Notes: a model not told the origin generated them from the letters alone. DNA of 63,990 nt from Octopus bimaculoides (GCF_001194135.2 NC_068991.1:75422625-75486614), one strand, 5' to 3'; numbered from the stretch's first letter, positions 25,961 to 37,373 are shown. Made by a program: numbers and translations.

Positions 25961-27659
25961 TAAAAATATGAGACAATCATAGCTGGAACGCCTTTCGCAG
26001 TAGAACACTCGTCGAAGCTGATATTGGGTCAAACAGTAAGAACAAGACCCACAATATTAAGCGTATGACAGGAGAATTCTATACTTAGGTGTCGGAAAAC
26101 TTCAGCAGGAATCTATTGAATATTACAATGAAACAGTAGAATCTGAGAAAAACGTTGAGAATTTACAAATCGTAGATTACAAAGTAGAATAAATACTTTC
26201 GTGCAAAGAGGCACAGTGCCTTCTCGACTCCATCAGGGGCTGATAGTTCAACGATTAGTGACATTACTGAATGGACAAAAAGCAGCAATCCGTTGAAAGC
26301 TGCCCGCAGTCGAAGACTCAGCAATTCTTTCTTTTTTTTTTTGTGCTTCAATTTCAGACGAAGGCCCTAAGCGTTTGATTATTCAAACCACGCTGTTATT
26401 GAACTCAAATGAATTCTTCTGAAGACGGAGACAGTTTTCAGATTTCGAATTCTATTGTCTCACAAGTCATAAGTCCCTTCTTTCGCTTGCTATGTCCAAA
26501 CACACACAAATACACCCACCCACACACACACAAACACACGCATACACATATGAACATATGCATGTGTGTGTGGTGTGTGTTTGGTGGAACGGGCAGTTGT
26601 ATATACACACATACTTTCATGCATATATATATATGCGTAAATGTCGAAATACGTAAATGTCGAAAGCATTGGTGAATAGAACACCGCATCGGTGAATAGA
26701 ATTTATATATATTTATATTATGCATATATCTATATACGTGTATATATATATATATAGTATATATAATATATATATTTATACACATCCACTTTAGTACACT
26801 TATGTCTACATGTGATCAGTTACATGACATGCACACTCCATTTAGTCACACATTCACGCAAACATACACGTGTGTGTGTGTGTATGTGTGCGTGCGCTGT
26901 TTGCTTCTGTGTGCGTGTGTATTGTTTGTTTTTGCGTGCGTGTGTGCATTTACCTGTACATACAAATGTTCTGTTTATCAGCTATTACGATAGAACAACC
27001 TTCAACATGTCACAGACCAGATATAGTTATAATTTAAGCAGAAGGTGATTCATTGCGAAATAAATTCAAGGCTATTATCTCGTTACGAGGCAGCTTGAGT
27101 GGAGATTTTCTCAGCGTAACGAAAATACGAAGAGCTTTCTGATAAAGCCACGTTGATATATACACACGCACACACACATTATATATATATACATATGTAT
27201 GTATTACGTGTACATGATTGGCTACGGTTTATCATCTTGTAGTTGTCGTTATCAGATACCTCCTGCCAAGTCTAAGCTAAGCCTAATACCAAAATTTTCT
27301 TTATCTTAACGAGAGTAGAGTTGGTGAAGAACTTTGAAGAAAGTATAAAATAAAGATTGATAATATTATTACGTGTGGTGTGACATGTAATATGAAGGGG
27401 AAAAAAGTGTTCGAATCATGGGCAAAATATTCCACGTACACAAACACTGAGCTGAGCACTCTTGTTTTGGTCATTCAAATGTGAACGAAACATAGGAGTA
27501 GCAGTGAGATATACGGCGTATTTCGGGCATTTTGAGATCTGGCGGAATCTATCACTCACCAAGCTCTAAGTCTAACTACAGCAAATTTTGTTACTGAAAA
27601 AGAAATACAGGCAGAAAGAGAGGAAAGAAGAACTATTCTCACTAAAGGACTGGTAATTT

Positions 27660-27780
27660 GTTCATTGCCTCCAAAAGGATGAATGGCAAAATTTACCTCG
27701 GCGATGTTTGAACTCGGAAGGCGAAGAGCCAAAACGATTACCGCAAGGCATTCTAACCGGCGTCTTATCGCTAACCTGGT
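27660..27780 (-). mobile_element. Degenerate SINE family A
   Basis: aaaaggatgaatggcaaaatttacctcggcgatgtttgaactc. Confidence 0.6.
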
Positions 27781-28094
27781 TCATTGACCTGGCATAGAAA
27801 TCCATGGTATCTATATTTAGGTGAACAAACCTTCTTTGAAACATATACTGAAACATAACTGTTTTGGTTTCACATTTTATTCTGGGTATTTCATTTCATA
27901 TTTTTGAATGAATTTCTTACAGATTGTTTGAACTATGACCTTCATAAATCCATCTTCTTTGTTTTTAGACTGTGTCGGCCTCATTTTCTGATCCTGGTTG
28001 TTACTGCTGCTTTGTCGGTTGATAACATCGATGTTGCTGGTGTTGATGTTATAACCACATATTGATATTGCATTCGTTGGAATTATTTATATAT

Positions 28095-28310
28095 AAGTTC
28101 AAAAAAAGACAAAAAACAATAACAAAAAACAACAACGTGAGGACGTGATACGGATAGTGTTATTAGACGCTCGGGAAAGGAAAGAGAGAGAGAGTATGAC
28201 GTTTCGGGCGGAGCCCTTCGTCGGAAACAAGGAAGGTTCAAAGAATGGAAAAACGGAGGAAGAAAAAAAAAATCGGCACCGATGCCCACGAGGTTACATT
28301 GTATATATAT
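28095..28310 (-). mobile_element. Penelope-associated short repeat with a hammerhead-like motif (28193-28229)
   Basis: Minus strand CCGACGA-A-GGGC-tcc-GCCC-GAAAC-GTC; stem II perfect, stem I poor. Confidence 0.6.
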
Positions 28311-28611
28311 ATATATATATATCGGTATTCAGGGGGGAGTGTTTTTAGTTTAGATTGTGTACAGTTAAAAATCGAATGTTACAAGAAACATATTCTACAT
28401 GTATAGATATTGAAAATATCATATATATATACATACATTCATGTATGCATACATACATGCATGCAAGCACACATAGGCACATACATACATAAACACACAC
28501 ATACATACATGCATGCATGCATACATACATACATACACACTCACACAGGTGCGCGCTCATCCACACACAAACAAATTTTAACAGGGAAAGTTGACAGTGA
28601 CTTCGAAGTTT

Positions 28612-28885
28612 CAAGTTGCTCGCCTTCGTGTTTCGATTGCGGCCATGCTGGGGCATCGCCTTGAAGTATTTTTAGTCGAAAGAATCGACCGCGCTACTTA
28701 TTTAGTAAAGCCCGGTATTTATTCTATCCGGCATTTTGCCGGATCGGTAAGTTACGGTGACATAAACACACCGACACCGGTCGTCAAGTGTTGATGGGAG
28801 ACAATCACAAGCACAAACACATACACACACACACACACACATACGACGGGATTCTCTCAGTTATCTTCTACCAAATCCACTCTTA
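28612..28885 (-). mobile_element. SINE family B, partial
   Basis: gcggccatgctggggcatcgcc...gtaaacacaccg-like...(ca)n-acgacggg...ctaccaaatccactc. Confidence 0.8.
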
Positions 28886-29254
28886 CCATACATCCACATC
28901 TGCTCCTATATATGTGCGTGTATGCATGCGATAATGGTTTGTAAGCAGTGTCTTTCAATGTCAAATTGTAGCTCGGAGTAACACTGGAAAAATTTTCCAG
29001 GTTTGTCTTCTGAGTAAAGGACACATAGCCAAATGCAATCTACTATAATTGAGTTTGTAGGCAGAAAATAATTCTTAAGCATTTGAAATTTTCATTCTAA
29101 AACTAGCTTTTACATAACAAAACCAATGTAGCATTTACACACACGCAAACAGGCACACACTCGCACACACACACTCGCACACATACACACACACATATAT
29201 ACAGAATTCGATCAGTGTGATCTGAAAGGGGTCTAACAACGAGACCTAAATTCG

Positions 29255-29445
29255 CTGCTTTATTCTTTTCTACTCTTGGCACAAGGCCTGAAACTTTTGG
29301 GGCGTGGCGGGGGAAGGGGCAGTCGATTAGATCGAAACCAGTATACAACTGGTACTTAATCTATCGACCCCGAAATGATGAACGTAAAGAAAGACCTCTA
29401 AGCATTTCACCCGACGAGAAAACGGTTCTGCCAGCTCGCCGCCTT
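29255..29445 (-). mobile_element. SINE family A with an internal deletion
   Basis: ttttctactcttggcacaaggcc...ctgccagctcgccgcc. Confidence 0.85.
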
Positions 29446-31889
29446 AAATTCATTGCTTTATTGAATAGTCTGTATATGACTCAATGGTATGATAAAAAAA
29501 TGTATATTATAATAATGTATATGAATATAATAACAGCTCATAACGTGCCGATACTTAAGAAATAATGTCGAATAGGCAGAAAATTAATCATATTTTTAGA
29601 ACGTGAGATAGAATGTCAAGCAGCATTTAGTCCGGTCGTCTGTGCTCTGAGTTCAAATCCCATTGAGATCATCTTCACCCTTCATTCTATCTGGATCGAT
29701 AATTAGATTATTAGTCTAGTGCTTGGATCGATTTCTTTTTCTTTCATCCTGTCTTACGATCTTTATATCTAGGAGAATTTGACATGGTGAAACTTAGAAA
29801 AGACTAGACTGCGGTAGATTTTAAATTCCAAGACCTTCCAGATATACGGAAGGCACCTCTAGACTCCGATAAGAGTTGAGGAACCCAAAGTGAGGAAAGA
29901 TAAATAACTTCCAGCCGTTAACCTCGCACCTTTATGTAAACGAGTTACGATTGGTTCGGTCATGTTAGTATTTTCAAAAATAACTCTAGACTCCTTCAAC
30001 AGATCGGGAAGAAGAAATAAGTGAATATAGATATATGTATAAACAGCGAAGCTCGTCGTTTCGTTCCTCAATCCAAGATGCTGAGAAAAGAACTGTTGGT
30101 CAAACCGCAACACTTAAACGTGTAACGATATATCTCAGCATACACAGTTGCTTATAACAGAGAGTGCGGTAGTACTTAGTAACTTACGTTTAAATGTTGC
30201 TCTTATATCTTTAGTTTCTAAGAAACCGATCTTGTTCAAGTAAATCCAATGTAAATTTATGCATAAAATGGACTACAAGATGTATCTCTTGGGTTTTGAC
30301 AATAGTTGAAATGATTTTTGTTTTTAAAATAATTAGCATACAAAAACAATAAGAGATTAATCAACTATAATATGAACTTGAAATGGCAATAAATGTTTCG
30401 ACCCCAGCTGGGAATCGGAGTCTTTTTGCGCTTCCGCTTCATTCTTTTAGTTTTACTGAATTTATGTATTGTTTTGCATAACATATATCTTATTTCGGCG
30501 TCCGACGAAGCATCATGGCTTGCGAGAATTATTCATGTGACAAGGCGTAACTTGGGTTCATTTTATCGAACAAAATATTTTCGATGCTAATCATTACCTT
30601 TTCTTTTCCTTTTTTTTTAAAAATTTTTGATCTTGTTTGCTACAACCACTTGAATACCCAGCGCGTTGATGACAACAGAATGGTGAAATTGTAAATTTAA
30701 AATGTCTCTCTATCTGAAATGCAACGGTTAATACAATACAAATTATATTCAGTTCAAATACAAATAGTCTTTGAAAGAATTGGAAGGTTATTATGTCTGC
30801 CACTATTTTCAGTTCTTTTTTTAAGTAAATGTTACATTGGGCCGTTTTTAAATGAACGACTCATTAAAATTATCGTTTAATATTTTTTGACCAAAAAGTA
30901 TTTTAGAAATATTAATTTCAAATTCGGTATCTCAGTACATATATTGAACAATATTTGTATTTATTTACATGACTTTTCAAGAAGCAATCTTCTTAAACAC
31001 GATCTTATTTTCATCATGGTGAATTTGGCCACTTTGAAAGAGATTTGGCTGCTGCTATTTCTAGCAGGATGATAACTTTAGAGAAAGTCTTCACATTTTA
31101 AAATCTGTACGAGTATTCGTACTATTTTCGGCGGAGGATTATGTCAAAAAACATTATTTTACCATAATTTTCTCCACAATATTACTTAACATGTCTGAAA
31201 TTGCAATCTATGAGTGAAACAGTAAAAATATGCAAGACTTTTCTCAAGTTCCAAATGTGAATTTGTTAACTACAACTCAAAGATAGAGCCTGGTATCTTT
31301 GTTGGAAAGCGGCTCCCTCCTCAGTATAATATTTATAATAATTAAAAAATAGAACACACACACACACACACACACACATCCTATAAACATATATAATGTA
31401 AATCACAGAAATATGCTCGATACTTCATTTGCAATTATGTATAATTACGTATAATTATCAAGACTACACTTTCGAATTTCAGTTTGTATCTTTGACATAT
31501 TTTAAATATAGTTATAAAATTATTTTTCTGGTGCTGTAATCCTTACCACACAGCCCATCAGTGTAGTTTTCTAGAATATTCCGTTTAGAATTCATCCACT
31601 GTTCTATTTAACATACTTACAACGACCTCAAATGTGGGGAATAGTAAGTCGATAAAAGGTTTGGTGTACCGACTCGGAGAGATGAAAGGTAAACTTGATT
31701 TCGGCAGGATTTTAATTCAAAACATGGTACCAGCACAAATAAACCAACACCCCGTCGGTTAAAGCCACGAGGGTGTTGTATCGCACGTTCAACGTACGAT
31801 ATAACGGGATAATAACAAGATCCTCGCAAATCGTCTGCACAAGACACAGGTAATAACCCTCGACAATGCGCAACTCTCGGCTTTACATA

Positions 31890-31919
31890 GCTCCAAGGAC
31901 TCCCTTCTTTATTCGGCAC
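31890..31919 (-). terminator. Putative polyadenylation signal (AATAAA, 31908-31913) in the 3' copy of a 30-bp direct repeat
   Basis: Minus strand gtgccgAATAAAgaagggagtccttggagc, about 160 nt downstream of the ORF stop. Confidence 0.45.
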
Positions 31920-32069
31920 TACGGCCGTAACATAGAGGGGGACACTACAGGGATAGACAACACAAAACGTGGGGTATATAAAATGAATGATGAAATACGA
32001 GATGAAATATTTCACAATGAAAAGATGTAATGGCTTATGAGCCCCGCAGAGCTCATTATACATTAATTA

Positions 32070-33108
32070 TCAGTCTTTTTTGTCTGTTATGTATTCCATG
32101 AGGTTCTCTAGTTCCATTACATTGGATAAACTTTCATATTGTATATATATCCCGGTAGGTCTAATTCTGGTTCCGAATAACTCCATCAGTCTTTCCTTTC
32201 TCTCTTCCTCCAATAAAACCGCTCCTTCGTCGGGTTCGAACATCTCATCATTCAGTTTGACTCGTATTAGATTTTTCATTTTTGCTAGTTTTTTTTTCTA
32301 TCTCTACATCCTTATTGTATCCTAACACTGTTCTTCTATTTCGTCCAGCAATTTGTCTTGTTTGTGCTACATATTCCTCTCTCCTCCTCACTCTCTCCCT
32401 CTACTCATCATACTTCTTCTCTCTCGCTCTTTCCTCTTCAGTTTTCTTCCTCCTGCTTGTTGTTGGCTCTGGTTCCTGCGTTCGAATCTCCACACTCTTT
32501 TTCCATAGTAACTTGTTTCTTTGTCTCCGCGTTTCTTTTCTTTGGACTTTTTGGCGGAGACGCAACTCTCGTTCTTTTCCAATCTGTCGCAGATTCCTCC
32601 TCCTTTTCCTTCCCCGCTTCTACCACCATTGCTTCTACTACGTCCATCTTCCCCTGTTTCTGGGGACATCTTGCATGCATGTGTCCCCTTTCTCTGCAGT
32701 TATAGCATATTGGCGGTCTCCCCTCCACCACGACTTTCAGTCGGGTCGCATCGGGGAGCACCAACTCCTCAGCCATCTTATGTAGACCTGGCAGGGTTAT
32801 GCGTATAAACGCTTCGAGACTATAACTCCGGCTGATCTCCTTCGACCTCTCCGCCTCTATTATATCCACCTCCTCCTCGAAGTTGCAGATGTTGGCCGCC
32901 ACCAGCCATGCTTCATCAATCTCTGGGGACACCCTCGTTGATCTCGAAGGCCTCGTGGCGTGCCCCCTGCCTCTCCCTCGTTAACGAAGCGCACCTCCAC
33001 CGTGCCGCATTTCCCTCCTCTCGAGCAAAATGTTGAAACTTCTCCAATCTCTTGCAAACACTTCTCAACTTCTTCGACCTCCGCCTCCTCAATCTTCTTC
33101 GCTTCCAT
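32070..33108 (-). pseudogene. Decayed CCHC zinc-knuckle nucleic-acid-binding ORF (LINE ORF1p- or Gag-like) with a charged, coiled-coil-like C-terminus
   Basis: MEAKKIEEAEVEEVEKCLQE...GTVEVRFVNEGEA, frameshift, then SPEIDEAWL...VVVEGRPPI-CYNCRERGHMHARC (CX2CX4HX4C); later stops and frameshifts; ends MEYITDKKD*. Confidence 0.8.
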
Positions 33109-33236
33109 GTTAAATGTTCGGTATACCACTCTTTCTCCCTCTGCCCCCCTGCAACACGTCGGCTAGTGGTGTCAAGCGGAGGCAATCTCCCTAGTCCATT
33201 ATACCCCTTAAAATCTTTTCCCTCCGTCTCAATTTG

Positions 33237-33735
33237 CCCCAGCTGCAAAATGTTGGGCGCCGGGCCCCAGCTGCAAAATGTTGGGCGCCGGGCCCCAGCT
33301 GCAAAATGTTGGGCGCCGGGCCCCAGCTGCAAAANNNNNNNNNNNNNNNNNNNNNNNNNNNNNNNNNNNNNNNNNNNNNNNNNNNNNNNNNNNNNNNNNN
33401 NNNNNNNNNNNNNNNNNNNNNNNNNNNNNNNNNNNNNNNNNNNNNNNNNNNNNNNNNNNNNNNNNNNNNNNNNNNNNNNNNNNNNNNNNNNNNNNNNNNN
33501 NNNNNNNNNNNNNNNNNNNNNNNNNNNNNNNNNNNNNNNNNNNNNNNNNNNNNNNNNNNNNNNNNNNNNNNNNNNNNNNNNNNNNNNNNNNNNNNNNNNN
33601 NNNNNNNNNNNNNNNNNNNNNNNNNNNNNNNNNNNNNNNTTGGGCGCCGGGCCCCAGCTGCAAAATGTTGGGCGCCGGGCCCCAGCTGCAAAATGTTGGG
33701 CGCCGGGCCCCAGCTGCAAAATGTTGGGCGCCGGG
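33237..33735. repeat. 28-bp GC-rich minisatellite ccccagctgcaaaatgttgggcgccggg
   Basis: Six identical full units plus partial units flanking the N-gap 33335-33639. Confidence 0.97.
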
Positions 33736-33898
33736 CAACCGCTCGCCACCGCTGCACAGCTGCCGGCTCCCATTACCAACAGTGGGCAGAAAAAACAAAC
33801 TCAACAACAGTTCAATCAACAAATCCAACGACAATATCAACAATTTCAAAATCAATTTTCACAACTCACCACTCTGAAGACTAACACACGACTCCCAG

Positions 33899-33990
33899 GC
33901 TCCAATGACTGATTTCTTTACTCGGTACCTATACTCTCTGCGCATGTCCATTTATATTGTGGAACCGTCCACTAGGAACCAACCAATAGG
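33899..33990 (-). promoter_or_regulatory. Putative Pol II promoter of the insertion: CCAAT box, TATAAAT, TCAGT initiator
   Basis: CCAAT 33983-33987 (plus strand); TATAAAT 33956-33950; TCAGT 33912-33908; TATA-to-Inr spacing about 45 nt, longer than usual. Confidence 0.4.
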
Positions 33991-34119
33991 GGTGTTCTAT
34001 TTCCACGCAACAGAGGGTTTCTGTTTAAACGATCCCTGGAATAGCCTGCACGTGAAATTAACGTGCAAGTGACTGAGCATTCCACACGTACCCGTTACAT
34101 AGTGTGTGTGTAATTCGAC

Positions 34120-34900
34120 TGCGTCTGCAAAGAAGTGTGCCGTCTGGCATTATCGTAATGAAAGGCAATGTCCTTACCATTAATAAGTACTGGTCGGTTC
34201 TGGTGGATCGCTGCGCTTAATTTGTCTAGCTGGTTACAATACACTTCCGAGTTAATGGTCCTGTCTGTGAGAAAAAGCTTGTGAAAGACATCCTTACAAT
34301 CTCATCAAAATAAAAGCATAATCTTCTTCGCGTAAAGCCCTGCTTTGGAGGTTGTTAGTGATGATTCACCGCACTTCCTCCATCACCGTTAGCGCGTCAC
34401 ATTGCTGTAGACGGTCCATTTTTCGCTCCCTATCACTGTTCTATTAAAAAAGGATTCTTTTCTTCACGTTTCTGCTACGAATCGCAGATGGAAATCATTT
34501 GGATGAGGATAGCCTCATTCAAATGAGGTGGGGCCCTGCTGACGTAAGCAAATTGATGTAGATGGTTTTCAACAATCGATTTGAATAATGGGAGAATATC
34601 TACGATCATCCAGGTTGGAGTTGGTGTTGACTAGCTCTTTAATTTTGTCGCTGGTAATCTCAATCAACCAATGAGTGGTGCATCTTGAACGGAAAAATTT
34701 CTCGATCAAAATCTGGAGAATCACTTCCGACACAGAGGTTCCATAACAGTCTCCTTTTCGTACAGAACACATATCTTCCTGCAGATTTCCGGCGGTTTCT
34801 GTCCGTTTTTTAAATAGAAGAAAATGTGAGGTATCGATAAAGTTCGTTTCGGCTCTCCATTTTCAGAGCTATCTCAAGCACATAAATTTCATCAAAATAC
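34120..34900 (-). mobile_element. Decayed mariner transposase (N-terminal HTH to near the HHDNARPH motif)
   Basis: Fragments DKIKELVNTN, W-PHLNEA-LIQ-IS-CDS, TVIGSEKWTVYSNV, PKQGFTRRRLC, RTINSEVYCNQLDKLSAAIHQNRPVL in shifting frames. Confidence 0.8.
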
Positions 34901-35194
34901 GCAAATTCGCGTCAAACCATGTTGAAGTGTCAAATATCTCACGAATGTACCATGGGCAAAGGACAGACTAAAGTTTGTTACTTATTCGAGTCCTAGTTTA
35001 ATGTCGACAGAAACCAGTATGTGCATGTATATATGTATGTATGTATGTACACGCGTGTGTGCATGGATGTATGTAGGTTTATGTGTGTGTGTGTGCGAAT
35101 GTGCGTGTGTGTGTATGTTGGGGGGAGGGTGCTTACATGCATGTACGCCTGTATTTTTCAGCAATGTATATCAATGAAATGCATAAACACCAGC

Positions 35195-35305
35195 AAGAAT
35201 TGTATTAACAGTGACTTCAAAGTTTTGGCCAGCTAAGGCATCATTGAACTGCTCGATGATGGTTTAGCCGGCCGAAACTTCAAAGTCACTATCAACACTA
35301 TTCTT
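35195..35305. repeat. 53-bp-arm inverted repeat (5-nt loop) made of two divergent hammerhead-like motifs
   Basis: 35195-35247 pairs with 35253-35305 at about 80% identity. Confidence 0.88.
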
Positions 35306-35875
35306 GTTAAAAAATAATAATTTGTACTCTACCAAATGAATTGAGTAATTCTTCAGTTTAATGTAAAATTGTTTTTATTACATTAAAATAAACATTATAA
35401 TATATATACGTGAGGAAGTGTGTGTGTGTATATGTGTGTGTTCTGTATGTATATGAGTGCGTGTATCTATCTATCTATCTATCTATTTACCTACCTACCT
35501 GTCTGTTTGTCTGTCTATCTGTCCGCCTATCTATCTATCTATCTATTTATCAGTCTGTGTCAGTAAATATTGGTTTTAAATTTTGGCATAAGGCCATGTG
35601 TGAGTAAGTATTAAATATATATATATTTCTTTCGGCGATGCAAGTTAAGTTAGAATTATTGTGTCGGGGTAGAGGGAAAGGGGAGAAGTGTAGATAGAGG
35701 ACAAACAAGATATTGCATGTGATAGTTGATGGCGGCGGCAGTCAAAGCTAGTTTGATTCTATACTAGTCACGGTGAAGTAATCCACCGAACACTTCTATG
35801 AACATTTTATCCAGTGGAATTGAGCTCCAGGCGTTACAGGTTCAAATTTCAAAGTGTAGATAAGGTACCCAGTAT

Positions 35876-36301
35876 ATATTTATTTCTACTCTAGGCACAT
35901 GGCCTAAATTTTTTTGGGAAGGGACCAGTCGATCAGATCGACCACAGTACGCAACTGGTACTTAATTTTAATCGATCACGAAAGGATAAAAGCCAAATTC
36001 GACCTCAGCGAAATTTGAACTCAGAGCGTAACGACAGACGAAATACCGCTAAGCATTCCGCCCGGCGTGCTAACGTTTCTTATTTCTTTATTGCCCAGAA
36101 GGGGCTAAACATAGAGGGGACAAACAAAGAGATTAAGTCGATTATATCGACGCCAGTGCGTAACTAGTACCTATTTAATCGACCCCGAAAGGATGAAAGG
36201 TAATGTCAACCTCGGCGGAATTTGAACTCAGAACGTAACGATAGACGAAACACCGCTAAGCATTTCGCCCGGCGTGCTAACGTTTCTGTCAGCTCGCCGC
36301 C
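35876..36301 (-). mobile_element. SINE family A dimer
   Basis: Junction aagaaataAGAAacgttagc near 36078; the two copies have different tails. Confidence 0.9.
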
Positions 36302-37069
36302 TTGAGGTACCTAGCATATAAACGAAGTGAAGTATTTCTTCACTTCAAGAACTGAAACGCATTCTTCGAGAAGTTAGAGGCCCTAATGAGACGGGCATTG
36401 AAAATACGACTTACGACTTGGCTTGTCAGCAAAGAAATTCGTACATTACATGACTTGCCTGCAGTATGATACAATATAGGTTAATACAATGGTTTCTTTA
36501 TATTAAATTTTCTAATTGAGCACAAAATCGCTGGAAGGTCCCAGTTACTTCATTATGTTTCCATCATAGATTTCCGAAAGAGCACGTAACCGTTGCAAAA
36601 TCCAAAAGATAATTTCTCTTATAACTTTCTATAACTCTAATAATAAACACACCAGTAAATACATACATACATGCATATATATATATATATATATATGTTT
36701 ATATATATATATATATATATACATAGATACATATATACATACATAGATATATACATACATATATGTATGTATCTACGTATATAATTGTGTGTGTGTGCAA
36801 GTTTAAATGTATTTCTTTATTCTTGGTCTCACTAATGCTTCTTCACTAATATTTAATTATACGGCTTCTATTTGTAGTTGATACTTTTAATTTTGTTGGT
36901 AGGATTGTTGTTGTTGTTCTTCTTCTTCTTCTTGTCATTCTCTCTGGCCATTTACTGTTTAAGAATGTGCTAAGTGTAGTTCTATTTTTGTAGCTTTTGA
37001 CGCAGCTGTAATATTCTACAGGGCTTATTAACTGTCGTTTATTTCTCTGGCTCCAAATACAATAAAGGC

Positions 37070-37118
<49 letters not shown>

Positions 37119-37373
37119 AACAGACACACATACATTTATGCATTCATATTTCATATATATANNNNNNNNNNNNNNNNNNNNNNNNNNNNNNNNNNNNNNN
37201 NNNNNNNNNNNNNNNNNNNNNNNNNNNNNNNNNNNNNNNNNNNNNNNNNNNNNNNNNNNNNNNNNNNNNNNNNNNNNNNNNNNNNNNNNNNNNNNNNNNN
37301 NNNNNNNNNNNNNNNNNNNNNNNNNNNNNNNNNNNNNNNNNNNNNNNNNNNNNNNNNNNNNNNNNNNNNNNNN

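Larger units (their letters stand above)
31774..34012 (-). mobile_element. Unclassified non-autonomous insertion with TGTTG...CAACA termini and 5-bp TSD GAGGG
   Basis: GAGGG at 31769-31773 and 34013-34017; 5-bp inverted termini; empty site rebuilds the SINE; no pol or transposase. Confidence 0.85.
31745..34100 (-). mobile_element. Host SINE family C 3' segment split by the 31774-34012 insertion
   Basis: Joining 31745-31773 to 34018-34100 aligns without gaps to the reverse complement of the family C tails at about 54750-54830 and 61790-61880, with a single GAGGG. Confidence 0.88.

Noticed and set aside
31745-31777. Hairpin aacaccc...gggtgtt followed by CTGG as a Helitron 3' end for the zinc-knuckle element
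   Set aside because: The left arm belongs to the host SINE and the right arm is TSD plus element end; the TG..CA/5-bp TSD model explains it better.
33237-33735. 28-bp repeats as a CRISPR array
   Set aside because: Units are head-to-tail with no spacers, in a eukaryotic context with no cas genes.
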